Below are positions 25,498-36,445 of a DNA stretch of 63,241 nt, piece by piece. Each line of letters starts with the position of its first letter. Position 1 is the stretch's first letter. Source of the stretch: Candidatus Micrarchaeota archaeon (GTDB lineage Archaea > Micrarchaeota > Micrarchaeia > Anstonellales > Anstonellaceae); NCBI GenBank assembly GCA_026414325.1, contig JAOAJF010000002.1, positions 1 to 63,241 on the forward strand, read 5' to 3'. A program made the position numbers and the translations under genes. The notes beneath the pieces are model-generated. The model was not told the DNA's origin. It did no database searches and worked only from the letters and a program-made list of their open reading frames with translations.

Positions 25498-26061
25498 TTA
25501 GTTTTTGTGATAATGATAAGAAGAATCAATAGCAAGGTGTATAAAATAAGAACCAAAAAACACAATACTAAGTAAAATTGCTTGTTGCTGGCCTAATAAG
25601 AAAAACAAAAAAATGTAACAGCCAAGACTAACTAAAATTAATGCAAAATAACTATGCATAAAGTTTTCAGATGGGATAAACCCAACTATCATTCTTGCAA
25701 TAATATAGAAAAATACTAACAAAATTCCTAAAAAAATTATATTACAATATACTGTAAGATTTGCTGCTATAGGCTCAGTTATAGAAACACAAACATTATT
25801 AGCTATATTTATCGAAGAAGGATAAAAAATAATTAGAGCTGAGCCCAAAATAAATAAAAATATTGCCAGCCAATGAATAAAGTTTTTCAAAAAATTTGTA
25901 ATAAGGTCTAAATCAGGCAAAACCATTCCAACTAAAAATGCAAGAAATATAAAATCCAAAAGTTCTTTTTGAAAATAATTAGGCCCAACACTATAAGTAA
26001 TCAAAAAGGCTAAAAAAATAGCAATCAATTTTTTACCAGTTGCTATTGCCCAACCAAACAT
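25498..26061 (-). CDS. Polytopic membrane protein, possibly YdjM/DUF457-like metal-dependent hydrolase
   Basis: 187 aa. LVGMVLPDLDL and C-terminal HLAIDSSYHYH are reminiscent of DUF457. Confidence 0.35.
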   Translation of the reverse strand: MFGWAIATGKKLIAIFLAFLITYSVGPNYFQKELLDFIFLAFLVGMVLPDLDLITNFLKNFIHWLAIFLFILGSALIIFYPSSINIANNVCVSITEPIAANLTVYCNIIFLGILLVFFYIIARMIVGFIPSENFMHSYFALILVSLGCYIFLFFLLGQQQAILLSIVFFGSYFIHLAIDSSYHYHKN

Positions 26062-26080
26062 AATTTTATCTCTATTTTAC

Positions 26081-26893
26081 TTAATATAAAACTATCACTG
26101 GTTCGCTATAGTATCTAGCAGAGCCATATTTAACTCTTTTTTTTATCATTTCTTTTAGATGCATTTCTATACTTTCTTTTGATTCATTTAAATATCCGAG
26201 CCTAAAATTTAATCTTACTATTCTGCCAGGTATCTCATGTCTTGTACTTTTTGGAGGAAAAATTTTACCCTCCAAAATATGGTCAACTATTTCTTTTTTT
26301 GAAAAAATCTTTCTTGCAAAAACAACATCCCCTCGTTCTAAAAATATATCTTTTCTAATATCTTCTATAAATATTAGCTCTTCTCCATTACCATTATTAA
26401 TTAAATCAAACCCAGCAAATTTTTCAAAAAATTCTTTTTGCTCTTTAATAACTCCATCAAAATTTTGTTGTTTGCTTTCTAATATCTTACACTTTATAGA
26501 ATTATTTTCTTTTATCATCGCCATTAAAAACGCTTCATATTCACCTAATTTTTTTAAACCTTCTTCATATTCTATTTTTTCTCCCCTAATTTTTTCAAAA
26601 TCTATTTTTTTTGTGGCAATGTACCATCCACCTATTTTTATTTTCGGATCATAATAATCAATTGGCTGGCAAACAGCATAAGAAACTTTCAATTCTTCTA
26701 AAACTTTTCTTCTATGATTTCCATCCAAAACAATTTTATGTTCTTTATCAATTATTAGTGGGTCTATTAGTTTTCCAATATTTAGCATAGTCTCTCTTAA
26801 AGCAAAAAGGTTTGGTTCTAATACCTGCTCATGTATTTTTAATTTTTCTAATTCAACTACTTCTAATTTTTCAATTATTTCTTCAGCTAACAT
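26081..26893 (-). CDS. ParB/sulfiredoxin-fold protein, SerK/SbnI-like (free-serine kinase family candidate)
   Basis: LEKLKIHEQVLEPNL...IDPLIIDKEHKIVLDGNHRRKVL (ParB/Srx DGxHR motif) plus a ~170-aa C-terminal domain. Confidence 0.5.
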   Translation of the reverse strand: MLAEEIIEKLEVVELEKLKIHEQVLEPNLFALRETMLNIGKLIDPLIIDKEHKIVLDGNHRRKVLEELKVSYAVCQPIDYYDPKIKIGGWYIATKKIDFEKIRGEKIEYEEGLKKLGEYEAFLMAMIKENNSIKCKILESKQQNFDGVIKEQKEFFEKFAGFDLINNGNGEELIFIEDIRKDIFLERGDVVFARKIFSKKEIVDHILEGKIFPPKSTRHEIPGRIVRLNFRLGYLNESKESIEMHLKEMIKKRVKYGSARYYSEPVIVLY

Positions 26894-27015
26894 TAGATCA
26901 CTTTAATAGTTTATCAGTCTATTTTAAAATTTTAAAATCTATCTTTTTTCTTACTCAAACTTCTAACCTCTAATTTTAGAATATTTTTTTAAATGTTTTT
27001 AGTTTTATTATTCTT

Positions 27016-27705
27016 ATGCCTGGTTCTAAAATACACAGCTCAATAATAGGTTTTGATGAGATAGTTGGAGGAGGAATAGCCCCAGGCAGTATGGTTTTAC
27101 TCAAAGGTCCACCTTTTTGTGGAAAAAAACTTTTTATGATGCAATTTTTATTTGAACAGCTAAAATCCTCACAAAAAGTTTTATTTATTTTAACTGATTT
27201 CAGCTATGAAGATTTTAAAACAAAGATGTTAAATTTTAAATGGGATATTGAACCATTTGAAAAACAACAGGCTTGTTTTTTTATAGATGCTTATTCCAAG
27301 CAGTATTTTCCACAATTGCTAGATAGCAATACTGTAAAATATATCTCTTCTCCAGGAGCTTTATCAGAACTCTCTCTTGCTGTTTCAAAAATACAAGAAG
27401 AGTTTTCATTAAAAAACTTTTTTATAGGCCTTCATTCTCTTTCAACAATTTTAAAAAGTAGCAACTCAAAATCTTTTTTTAATTTTTTAAATTTTGAAAT
27501 AGGAAAATTAAAAAGATTAGGTTCTACCGCATTGTTTACATTAGAAAAAAATGCTCAGAGTATAAAAGAAGAGCTTGCAATAGAACATTTAATGGATGGG
27601 GTAGTAGAATTTGAAAATGCAAAAATCTTGGTAAAGGGCTTAGAAACATTTGAAAACCAATGGCATGATTATTCTATAACAGAACATGGAATTTCAATTT
27701 TGTAA
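27016..27705 (+). CDS. KaiC/RecA-superfamily single-domain ATPase-like protein
   Basis: GFDEIVGGGIAPGSMVLLKGPPFCGKKLFMMQF. The Walker A ends in GKK rather than GK[ST]. The Walker B-like motif is CFFIDAYS. Confidence 0.6.
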   Translation: MPGSKIHSSIIGFDEIVGGGIAPGSMVLLKGPPFCGKKLFMMQFLFEQLKSSQKVLFILTDFSYEDFKTKMLNFKWDIEPFEKQQACFFIDAYSKQYFPQLLDSNTVKYISSPGALSELSLAVSKIQEEFSLKNFFIGLHSLSTILKSSNSKSFFNFLNFEIGKLKRLGSTALFTLEKNAQSIKEELAIEHLMDGVVEFENAKILVKGLETFENQWHDYSITEHGISIL

Positions 27706-28410
27706 TTACCATTTTTCTGTTTTTATTTTTTCTTGTTTAATCTCATTTTTAATCAAAAGCTCTGAAAGCTGAGCTACAAATTCTTTTCCACCACACAAAT
27801 AGTATTTTGAATCTTTCCAATTTTTGTTATACTTTTTTATCATTTCTATATTTATTCTACCGTTTTCAAAATTTTCTTTTTGTTCTTGGCTGAGAGTATA
27901 AATAATTTTAAGAAATTTATTTTTTTTCTCTATTAAATCCAACAAATTTTTATAAGCTATATCTTTTTCTGTTTTATTGGAATAAAATAAATAAACCATT
28001 TTTTGATAATTCTTTTGTTCTAGCTCTTTTAACATACAAACAAAAGGAGTGATCCCAATTCCTCCTGCCAAAAAAACCGAACAATCCTCTTTTTCATCAA
28101 ATAAAAATTCTCCATAAGGACCAGCTATATTTATACTCTGGCCTATTTGCAAATCAATAAGTGCAGCAGAAAATTGTGCATGTTTTTTTATACCAAAACT
28201 TATTCTCTCTTTTTGATATGGTAATAAAGCCGAATAAGGTCTAAAATTTGGTTTTAATTGAGATTGGTCTATTTTAATCATAAAAAATTGCCCTGCCTTA
28301 TAAAAAGGAACCTCAAAACCAGCAGTTTCAAACTCCAAAGTATAAACATCCTCAGTTTCTCTAATCTTATTTTTTAAGATATATTTTTTGTATTCTATCA
28401 TAAAACCCAA
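27706..28410 (-). CDS. Ferredoxin-NAD(P)+ reductase-type FAD/NAD(P)-binding oxidoreductase
   Basis: RPYSAL (RxYS FAD motif) and FLAGGIGITPF (NAD(P) motif). 234 aa with no Fe-S Cys cluster. Confidence 0.7.
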   Translation of the reverse strand: MGFMIEYKKYILKNKIRETEDVYTLEFETAGFEVPFYKAGQFFMIKIDQSQLKPNFRPYSALLPYQKERISFGIKKHAQFSAALIDLQIGQSINIAGPYGEFLFDEKEDCSVFLAGGIGITPFVCMLKELEQKNYQKMVYLFYSNKTEKDIAYKNLLDLIEKKNKFLKIIYTLSQEQKENFENGRINIEMIKKYNKNWKDSKYYLCGGKEFVAQLSELLIKNEIKQEKIKTEKW

Positions 28411-28536
28411 CTATTAAATATTTAGCAGCAAATTCTTTATATACAATTAGATTTAAAAATATTTAATCACCTAATAAATTTAGTTTATTTTTATTTTGGC
28501 TTAGTATACATTAACAAAAATTTTTTGGTGAATTAA

Positions 28537-28878
28537 ATGCATAAAGCTGAAGATGAAGATAAAACTTCTCAGGCTTTTTTAGATGAATTAACAAAAATTT
28601 CTGAAGTAGAAAAAAAATCTGAATTATTGCTTGATGCTGCTGAAAAAAAAGCTCAAGAAATTATCCAACATGCAAATATCGAGTCTTCAAAAATAGTTTC
28701 AGAGGCTTTAGAAAAGTCTCTAAAAACTAAAAACGAGATTATTTTAGAAAAGAAAAAACAAGCAGATAAGGAAGCAAAAATGATTTTGGACAGTGCCTTA
28801 AAAAAAGCAGAAGAAATTAAAAAAATCTCTCTCTCAAATTCAGAGGTATCCTCGCTTTTAGATATTTTGCTAGAATAA
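28537..28878 (+). CDS. atpH: A-type ATP synthase subunit H
   Basis: 113-aa charged helical protein at the first position of the HIKECFABD operon. Confidence 0.65.
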   Translation: MHKAEDEDKTSQAFLDELTKISEVEKKSELLLDAAEKKAQEIIQHANIESSKIVSEALEKSLKTKNEIILEKKKQADKEAKMILDSALKKAEEIKKISLSNSEVSSLLDILLE

Positions 28879-28914
28879 TAAGTTTTTACTTAGTTGGTTT
28901 TAGAGAGGTAGTAG

Positions 28915-30834
28915 ATGTTTAAACCTGCAAAAATGAAGAAAGTAAAAATGATTGGTCTGCTGCAGGACTTAAATGCAGCTTTGATTCTTTGGCGTAGATT
29001 AGGTGTTATTCAGCTAGATTACTACTCCTATGAAAATCTAAATATTGAAAAAGGAAAAGCTTTGGATATATATGAGGTTTTATCAGAACAATTACTAAAA
29101 CTTAGAACAGCAAAAAATTTTCTAATACCAAAGAAAGAGATAACTCCTATGGCTTTGGAAAAAAATCCTCTTGAAATGGCTAAAGAAATAAATATAAATG
29201 ATAAGCTGCTAGAGATTGAAAATTCTTTAAAAGAACTTTCCAAAGAGCAAGAAAATTTAAAAAAACAAATAGCATTTCTAAATAGAATTGAGCCACTAAA
29301 TATAAATTTTTCTCTCCTGCCAAAATCTTTGGATTATTATTTATTTTCTATAAATAAAAAGAAATTTGCACAACTAAAAGAAACATTAAACCAAATTACA
29401 ACTACTTATGATCTTTTAGCGATCGATGATTTAGAAAACAAAGAAAATTATCTAGTTTTTTTAGCAATCGAAAAAGAAAAAGATGTTTCAAAAATTTCTT
29501 CTTTTGCAACATTTTTAGAAATTCCAAAAATAAATTCTTATCCAAAAAATCATAAGCTTGCCTTGCAGCTAAAACTTAATGAAATAGAAGACAAGTTAAA
29601 CCATTTACTCTATCAAAAAGTTATTCTTTCTGAGCAATATTATGAGACAATAGTTAGATTGGAAGAGGCTTTAGCCTTAGAAGCAGATTTAGCTAGAGAA
29701 GCACTAAAGTTTGGTGTTTCAAAAAGTTGTTTTTTTGCAACTGGTTGGATCAAAGAATCAGATTTTGAGAGATTTAAAAATACTACTTTAAAATTCTTTG
29801 AAGGAAGAATACTTATTTCTGAAATTCCACCCTCGGTTCATCATTATAATAATTGTCCAACTTTATTGGAAAATCCAAAGGTAGTAAAACCATTTGAAAA
29901 TATTTTAAACTTTTTATTTGTTCCAAAAGCAACAGAAATTGATCCCTCAGCTTTAATTTTTCTTTCTATCCCACTTGTTTATGCGATGATTGTTGGTGAC
30001 GCTGGCTATGCTCTTTTATCTATGATTATTTCTTTATTTATAATATTTAGTGCACCTAAAGGAGGTCTTCTAGAAGCATTAGGAAAAATCTGGTTAATTA
30101 GCTCTGTTCCAACTCTATTTTTTGGTATTTTATTTGACGAATATTTTGGCTTTACTCACGAGCATTTATTAGGAACAAAACTTTATAAGCCACTTTTACA
30201 TAGAGCTCATGAAGTACCTATTTTATTGGCTTATTCTATTTTAGTTGGTTGGCTATTGATCGCCTTTGGTTTTATTTTAGGTGCAATAAATTCAATTTCT
30301 CATTCACTAAAGCATGCTCTAGCAAAAGTCTCTTGGCTTATACTCCAAATTGGTCTAACCTTAGCAGTTGCTGGATTTTTATTTTCAGAATTTTCTTCTT
30401 TTTTGGTTTATGGTTTAGTTATATTTTTTGTAGGTGCAATCGGATTAATTGCTTTTGAAGGATTTTTAGCAGTTGTGGAGATTCCAGGACTTATCTCTAA
30501 CATTATGTCTTTTTCCAGAGTTACTGCTGTAGGTGTAGCTGGTTTAATATTAGCTGAGGCAATAAACAAATTTTTATTTCCAAAAGCTGCTGGCCCATTC
30601 TCAATAGAAGGAGCTCTTTCATTTTTGTTTATTTTCTTTGTATATACCTTACTACATTTTGTTAATACTTTTATTGCAATGTTCGAAGGATTTTTACACT
30701 CAGCCAGATTGTCATTTTTAGAATTTTTTACAAAGTTTTTTGTAGGAGGGGGTAAACTTTTCTCCCCATTAAAACTAATAAGAAAATATACTTTAGATAA
30801 AGATGAAAAAACGCTAAAAGCTCAAAAGAGCTAA
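28915..30834 (+). CDS. atpI: A-type ATP synthase subunit I (stator a-subunit)
   Basis: 639 aa. Soluble N-terminal half plus a polytopic C-terminal half containing SFSRVTAVGVAG. Operon position agrees. Confidence 0.85.
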   Translation: MFKPAKMKKVKMIGLLQDLNAALILWRRLGVIQLDYYSYENLNIEKGKALDIYEVLSEQLLKLRTAKNFLIPKKEITPMALEKNPLEMAKEININDKLLEIENSLKELSKEQENLKKQIAFLNRIEPLNINFSLLPKSLDYYLFSINKKKFAQLKETLNQITTTYDLLAIDDLENKENYLVFLAIEKEKDVSKISSFATFLEIPKINSYPKNHKLALQLKLNEIEDKLNHLLYQKVILSEQYYETIVRLEEALALEADLAREALKFGVSKSCFFATGWIKESDFERFKNTTLKFFEGRILISEIPPSVHHYNNCPTLLENPKVVKPFENILNFLFVPKATEIDPSALIFLSIPLVYAMIVGDAGYALLSMIISLFIIFSAPKGGLLEALGKIWLISSVPTLFFGILFDEYFGFTHEHLLGTKLYKPLLHRAHEVPILLAYSILVGWLLIAFGFILGAINSISHSLKHALAKVSWLILQIGLTLAVAGFLFSEFSSFLVYGLVIFFVGAIGLIAFEGFLAVVEIPGLISNIMSFSRVTAVGVAGLILAEAINKFLFPKAAGPFSIEGALSFLFIFFVYTLLHFVNTFIAMFEGFLHSARLSFLEFFTKFFVGGGKLFSPLKLIRKYTLDKDEKTLKAQKS

Positions 30835-30851
30835 AAAGAGGTGAAAAATAT

Positions 30852-31106
30852 ATGGCAGCAGAACAACAAATTCTACAAAGCCTTCTTTTAGAGAAAGAAG
30901 GAGCTTTGGCTATAGGTGCAGGAATAGCTATGGCTGGTGCAGCTTTAGCTACTGCTTGGGCACAAGCCTCTATAGGTTCTTCCATTATGGGGGTATTGGC
31001 AGAAAAGCCAGAAGAAGCATTTAGATTGATAGTATACATGGCTCTACCAGAGATTATAGTTCTCTTAGGCTTTGTAGCAACCTTTCTAATGCTTGAGAAA
31101 ATTTAA
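30852..31106 (+). CDS. atpK: A-type ATP synthase subunit K (c-ring proteolipid, single hairpin)
   Basis: 84 aa. Gly/Ala-rich helix AIGAGIAMAGAALATAWAQ and a second helix with the carboxylate in MALPEIIVLLG. Confidence 0.85.
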   Translation: MAAEQQILQSLLLEKEGALAIGAGIAMAGAALATAWAQASIGSSIMGVLAEKPEEAFRLIVYMALPEIIVLLGFVATFLMLEKI

Positions 31107-31119
31107 AGTGGGAGTTTAG

Positions 31120-31737
31120 ATGGGGCTTAATTCTTTAATTAGCCAAATAGAAAAAGAAACAGAAAAAAAGATCCAAACAATTATAGAAAACGCTAAAGCC
31201 CAGCAAGAAGAAATTATCAAAGAAGCAAAAAAACAAGCAAAAAAAATTACTCAACAGGCAGTCCAACAAGCAGAAGAAATAGCTCAAAATTATAGAGAAG
31301 AGAAAATAGCAGCAGCAAAAACAGAGGAGCAAAGAATATTACTTCAAGCTCGAGAAGAAGCAACTGATAGAGCGCTTGCTCAACTATGGGAGGCTTTTGT
31401 AAAATTTAGCCAAAGTTCAAACTATCCAAAATATCTAAAAAAATTAGCAGCTCTAGCTTTAGAAGAGATCGATAACAAAGCAGCTGTAGCTTTATGCAAT
31501 CAAAAAGACAAAAAATTAGTCCAGTCCTTTGGTCTAAAGGTAGAAAAAACAATTGATTGCACAGCTGGCCTTATAGTTCAGACTAAAGATGGAAAAATAC
31601 TTGTAGATTACACTTTCGAAGCAATTTTCGAGCAGAAAAAACAGAAGCTAAAAACTCAAATAAATACCATTTTAGCAGAAAAAGAATCTAATCTAAAACA
31701 ATTAACAAAAACAAAGAAAGTAGCAAAATCAAAATAA
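31120..31737 (+). CDS. atpE: A-type ATP synthase subunit E
   Basis: 205 aa with a charged N-terminal helix. Operon position agrees. Confidence 0.75.
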   Translation: MGLNSLISQIEKETEKKIQTIIENAKAQQEEIIKEAKKQAKKITQQAVQQAEEIAQNYREEKIAAAKTEEQRILLQAREEATDRALAQLWEAFVKFSQSSNYPKYLKKLAALALEEIDNKAAVALCNQKDKKLVQSFGLKVEKTIDCTAGLIVQTKDGKILVDYTFEAIFEQKKQKLKTQINTILAEKESNLKQLTKTKKVAKSK

Positions 31738-31755
31738 AGCTAATAAGGGAAAAAA

Positions 31756-32853
31756 ATGTTTAACATTAAAATTGAGTCCAAACCATTAGTTTATGGTTAT
31801 AGTAATGCTAGGGCTCATGCAATGTTTTCTAAGCTTTTAACTAGCCAGCAGCTTTTAGAACTAATCCAAATGCCTTCGACCAATACTATTGCCGAGGCTC
31901 TAAATAGAACAGAATACAAAGAAGAAATTTTACAGCTTTCACTCAATTATAAAGGAGAACAACTAATTGATTTTGCTTTAAGTGAAAATTTTGCTAAATT
32001 TTGCAAAAAGCTCTATAAAATTACTCCAAACAAGGACAAAAAAATAATTTTTGGACTTCTCTCTCGATGGGATTCTCATAATATAAAAACAGTGATATTA
32101 GCAAGAAAACAAAAAAAACCTTGGAACGAAATTAGACCCTTCTTAGTTTTAGCTGGAACACTTCAATTACAGCAATTAGAAAAACTCTACGCAGCAGCAG
32201 ATAGTGCGGAGTTTTACTCTCTTTTTAGATTAACTGAATTTGGCTCTGGTTTTATTAACTCAAAAATCCCACTTTTAACTAAGCCAGTAAGAGATGCTTT
32301 TAAAACAATGGATTCAGATTCATTTATTTTTGATATGCTTTTGCTTAGCTTAGACTTCTATCAATATCAAATACTTTCAAAAATTGTTCAAGAACACAAA
32401 AATGATAAACAACTGGCACAATTTCTTTCCTCCTTTACAGATGAGAAAAATCTAGAAATAGTCTTAAGACTTTCAAAAGAAAATTTAAGTGATGAAAAAC
32501 TTAGGTCTTATTTATTACCTGGAGGAAAAATTCAGCCATCTAGATGGCTAAAAGCTGCTGCAAAAAAAGAGCCTTTTGCTATTTTAACTTTCTTAGCTGA
32601 TGCTTTACCTTTAAAAGGAGTAATCGAAGAATTCAAAAAAACAAAAAAGCTTTCTGAGATTGAAAAATTGGTTTCTATAGAATTTTCTAAAAAAAGACTA
32701 AAACTATTTAGAGGTGCAAATCTTTCAGTTGCAGTTCTTGTTGCAGCTTTATTTTTCAAAGAACAAGAAGTTGAAAATATAAGAAAAATTCTTAGAGGAA
32801 AACAATATGGCTTTAGTGAAGATGAACTTAAAAGATTAATTTTATTTTATTAG
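31756..32853 (+). CDS. atpC: A-type ATP synthase subunit C
   Basis: 365 aa. YGYSNARAHAM N-terminus is typical of AtpC/V-type subunit d. Operon position agrees. Confidence 0.8.
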   Translation: MFNIKIESKPLVYGYSNARAHAMFSKLLTSQQLLELIQMPSTNTIAEALNRTEYKEEILQLSLNYKGEQLIDFALSENFAKFCKKLYKITPNKDKKIIFGLLSRWDSHNIKTVILARKQKKPWNEIRPFLVLAGTLQLQQLEKLYAAADSAEFYSLFRLTEFGSGFINSKIPLLTKPVRDAFKTMDSDSFIFDMLLLSLDFYQYQILSKIVQEHKNDKQLAQFLSSFTDEKNLEIVLRLSKENLSDEKLRSYLLPGGKIQPSRWLKAAAKKEPFAILTFLADALPLKGVIEEFKKTKKLSEIEKLVSIEFSKKRLKLFRGANLSVAVLVAALFFKEQEVENIRKILRGKQYGFSEDELKRLILFY

Positions 32854-32862
32854 GAGATTAAA

Positions 32863-33207
32863 ATGGTTGAAGGAAAAATTGTTGTTATTGGAGATGAACT
32901 TGCAATAACAGGCTTTAAATTAGCTGGAGTTCAAGAAGGCTATATTGTAGAAAAGAAAGAGGAGGTAGAACATTTATTAAATAATTTTTTAGTAGATTCT
33001 TCTATCGGTATAATAATAATTTTAGATAAACTTTTGGAACAAGTTGATTGGAAAATAAAAAGAAAAATTGAACTCACAGCAAAACCTATTGTGGTTGCAA
33101 TTCCTTCCAAAGATGGTCCTATAGAAGAAGAAGTATCTTTAGCAAAATTAATTAAGAGAGCTTTAGGTTTTGATATTTTAAATTCTAATCATAATTCTAA
33201 AAAATGA
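32863..33207 (+). CDS. atpF: A-type ATP synthase subunit F
   Basis: 114 aa. KIVVIGDELAITGFKLAGV motif. Confidence 0.8.
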   Translation: MVEGKIVVIGDELAITGFKLAGVQEGYIVEKKEEVEHLLNNFLVDSSIGIIIILDKLLEQVDWKIKRKIELTAKPIVVAIPSKDGPIEEEVSLAKLIKRALGFDILNSNHNSKK

Positions 33208-33216
33208 GGTGTTGAT

Positions 33217-34959
33217 ATGGGAAAACTAATAAAAATATCTGGCCCAGTAGTAGTTGCAGAGGGAATGTTAGGCTCAGCAATGTATGATGTAGTTTTAGTC
33301 GGCGAAGAAAAATTAACTGGCGAAATTATTAAAATAGAAGGAGAGAGAGCAACAATTCAGGTTTATGAAGATACATCTGGTCTAAAGCCAGGGGAGATAG
33401 TAGAATCTACTAATCAGCCACTAGCAGTAGAATTAGGCCCAGGACTTTTAACCTCAATTTATGATGGAATTCAAAGACCACTAGAACAAATTGCAAAAAA
33501 ATCTTCTTCGCATTTTATTTTTAGAGGAGTTAATGTTCCTGCTTTAGATAGAACAAAAAAATGGGACTTTAAACCAACAGTAAGCATTGGCACTAAAGTA
33601 AAAAAAGGAGATATTTTAGGTACTGTTCAAGAAACAGATCTAATCGAGCACAGAATTTTATCTCCGTATTCTGGAGAGGTGGCTTTAATTAAAAAAGGTA
33701 AATACACTATTACTGAAACAATTGCACAAATACAAACCCAGGAAAAAAAGTTTGATGTACAGATGTTAACAAAGCACAATGTTAGAAGCCCAAGGCCAGT
33801 GTTAGAAAAACTAGAACCATCCATTCCGCTCATAACTGGACAGCGAGTAGTTGATACATTTTTCCCATTAGCTAAAGGAGGTACTTGCGCAATTCCAGGA
33901 CCATTTGGTTCAGGAAAAACTGTTGCTCAACACCAGTTTGCAAAATGGTCTGACACTCAAATAGTAGTCTATATTGGTTGTGGAGAGCGAGGAAATGAAA
34001 TGACTGATGTTTTAACTGAGTTTCCTCATCTAATAGATCCAAAATCAGGCAAACCACTTATGCAACGAACGGTGTTAATTGCAAATACATCTAATATGCC
34101 GGTTGCAGCAAGAGAAGCTTCAATTTATACTGGAATCACTATTGCCGAATACTATCGAGATATGGGTTATGATGTTTCATTAATGGCAGATTCAACTTCT
34201 AGGTGGGCAGAGGCAATGAGAGAAATTGGAGGAAGATTAGAAGAGATGCCTGGAGAAGAGGGCTATCCAGCTTATTTAGCTAGAAGATTAGCAGAATTTT
34301 ATGAAAGAGCTGGAAGAGTAAGGTGCTTAGGCTCCAGTGAGCGCTATGGTTCAGTTTCAATAATCGGTGCAGTTTCTCCTCCGGGTGGTGATATAAACGA
34401 GCCAGTCTCGCAAAACACTTTAAGAGTTACAAAAGTTTTTTTGGCTTTGGAAGCAGCCTTAGCTCAACGAAGACACTTTCCAGCATTTAATTGGTTGAGG
34501 TCTTACTCACTTTATAGCCCTATTTTAGACAAATGGTTTACTCAAAATATTTCAGCAGATTGGGCAGCAAATAGAACTGAGGCAATGGCGCTTTTACAAA
34601 AAGAAGCAGAATTACAAGAAGTGGTACAATTAGTTGGACCAGATGCTTTGCCAGAAAAAGAACAACTCGTTTTATTTGTTACAAAAATGATTAGAGAATA
34701 TTTTTTAGCCCAAAACGCATATTCAGAAGTGGATACCTACTGTTCTTTAAAAAAGCAATATTTGATGCTAAAAAATATTTTGTATTTTTACAAAAGGGCC
34801 TTAGATGCACTAAAAGCCGGAGTACAATTTAAAAAAATTGTTTCTTTGCCAATAAAAGATAGTTTAGCAAGAATGAAAGAAGTTGAAGAGAAAAATCTTT
34901 CTCAATTAGAAACACTAATAAATAAAATAGATTCAGAATTTGATATGCTTGTAAAATAA
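33217..34959 (+). CDS. atpA: A-type ATP synthase catalytic subunit A
   Basis: Walker [10 protein letters not shown], plus [13 protein letters not shown] and [27 protein letters not shown]. 580 aa with no intein. Confidence 0.95.
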   Translation: MGKLIKISGPVVVAEGMLGSAMYDVVLVGEEKLTGEIIKIEGERATIQVYEDTSGLKPGEIVESTNQPLAVELGPGLLTSIYDGIQRPLEQIAKKSSSHFIFRGVNVPALDRTKKWDFKPTVSIGTKVKKGDILGTVQETDLIEHRILSPYSGEVALIKKGKYTITETIAQIQTQEKKFDVQMLTKHNVRSPRPVLEKLEPSIPLITGQRVVDTFFPLAKGGTCAIPGPFGSGKTVAQHQFAKWSDTQIVVYIGCGERGNEMTDVLTEFPHLIDPKSGKPLMQRTVLIANTSNMPVAAREASIYTGITIAEYYRDMGYDVSLMADSTSRWAEAMREIGGRLEEMPGEEGYPAYLARRLAEFYERAGRVRCLGSSERYGSVSIIGAVSPPGGDINEPVSQNTLRVTKVFLALEAALAQRRHFPAFNWLRSYSLYSPILDKWFTQNISADWAANRTEAMALLQKEAELQEVVQLVGPDALPEKEQLVLFVTKMIREYFLAQNAYSEVDTYCSLKKQYLMLKNILYFYKRALDALKAGVQFKKIVSLPIKDSLARMKEVEEKNLSQLETLINKIDSEFDMLVK

Positions 34960-34975
34960 TTATGGTGGTGAGTAA

Positions 34976-36427
34976 ATGAAAGAATATAAAACAATTTCTA
35001 AAATCGCTGGACCGTTAGTTTTTGTTTCAAATGTAAAAAATGTAATGTACAACGAGCTAGTTTTGATCTCTCTTCCAAATGGAGAAAAACGCTATGGCCA
35101 AGTTCTAGAAGCATCAAAAGACGCAGCAGTTATTCAAGTTTTTGGTCCAGTCGCAGGTATCAATCTAACAGATACAAAAGTAAGATTTTTAGGAGAAACT
35201 ATGAAGTTGGGTGTATCTGTTGAAATGCTTGGAAGAATTTTTGATGGACTTGGAAGACCAAAAGACAATGGGCCAGAAATTGTACCTGAACAGCGTTTAG
35301 ATATTAATGGCTATCCTCTCAATCCATATTCTAGAGATTTTCCAAGAGATTTTATTCAAACTGGTATTTCTACTATCGATGGGTTAAATACTTTAATTAG
35401 AGGACAAAAACTACCAATTTTTTCTGGTTCTGGTTTACCTCACAATCAGCTTGCAGTACAAATTGCAAGGCAGGCAACTGTGGTTTCAAAAGAAAAAGAA
35501 CAATTTGCAGTTGTTTTTGCAGCCATTGGTATTACTCACGAAGAAGCAGCCTTTTTTATAAAAGACTTTCGCCAGACTGGAGCTATAAAAAGAGCAGTCT
35601 TGTTTTTGAATTTAGCTAACGATCCATCAGTTGAAAGACTTATCACTCCAAGGCTTGCTCTAACAGTTGCAGAATATTTAGCATACGAAAAAGATATGCA
35701 TGTACTTGTAATTCTAACCGATATGACTAATTATTGTGAAGCTTTAAGAGAAATTGCAGCTGCAAGAGAGGAAGTTCCAGGTAGAAGAGGTTATCCAGGT
35801 TATATGTACACTGATCTTTCTACTATCTATGAAAGAGCAGGGAGAGTAAAAGGAAGAAAAGGAACTGTTACTCAGCTATCAATTTTGACTTTGCCTGGAG
35901 ATGATATAACTCACCCAATTCCAGACTTAACTGGTTATATTACAGAAGGTCAGATTGTTCTTGGTAGAGACCTTCATAGAAGAGGAATTTATCCTCCTGT
36001 AAATGTTTTGCCCTGTTTATCTAGACTAATGGGCTCAAACATAGGGCCTGGAAAAACTAGAGAAGATCACAAAAGTGTTGCAGATCAGCTCTATGCTGCC
36101 TATGCTACAGGAAGGGATCTGCGCTCATTAGCAGCAGTGGTTGGCGCAGAGGCTCTAACAGAAGTAGATAAATTATATTTAGAATTTGCAGATGCTTTTG
36201 AAGAAAAATTTGTCAGACAAGGAGAAAAAGAAAACAGAACTTTGGACCAAACATTAGATCTTGGCTGGGAGCTTTTATCCATGTTGCCTGAAGGAGAATT
36301 AAACAGAGTCAAAAAAGAGCATTTAGAAAAATATGGTAGAAAATATTTTGAGCAAAGAAAAAAACAACTAGCCCAACAATCAGAAGTTGAAAAAAGAATT
36401 GACCAAAAAATAAGAGAGGAACAATAA
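34976..36427 (+). CDS. atpB: A-type ATP synthase subunit B
   Basis: [34 protein letters not shown] and [25 protein letters not shown]. Confidence 0.95.
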   Translation: MKEYKTISKIAGPLVFVSNVKNVMYNELVLISLPNGEKRYGQVLEASKDAAVIQVFGPVAGINLTDTKVRFLGETMKLGVSVEMLGRIFDGLGRPKDNGPEIVPEQRLDINGYPLNPYSRDFPRDFIQTGISTIDGLNTLIRGQKLPIFSGSGLPHNQLAVQIARQATVVSKEKEQFAVVFAAIGITHEEAAFFIKDFRQTGAIKRAVLFLNLANDPSVERLITPRLALTVAEYLAYEKDMHVLVILTDMTNYCEALREIAAAREEVPGRRGYPGYMYTDLSTIYERAGRVKGRKGTVTQLSILTLPGDDITHPIPDLTGYITEGQIVLGRDLHRRGIYPPVNVLPCLSRLMGSNIGPGKTREDHKSVADQLYAAYATGRDLRSLAAVVGAEALTEVDKLYLEFADAFEEKFVRQGEKENRTLDQTLDLGWELLSMLPEGELNRVKKEHLEKYGRKYFEQRKKQLAQQSEVEKRIDQKIREEQ

Positions 36428-36445
36428 GACAAAAAGGGAAAGTCT

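Noticed and set aside
27016-27705. KaiC-like gene as evidence for a circadian clock
   Set aside because: It is a single-domain protein with no KaiA/KaiB genes. Such RecA-superfamily paralogues are generic in archaea.
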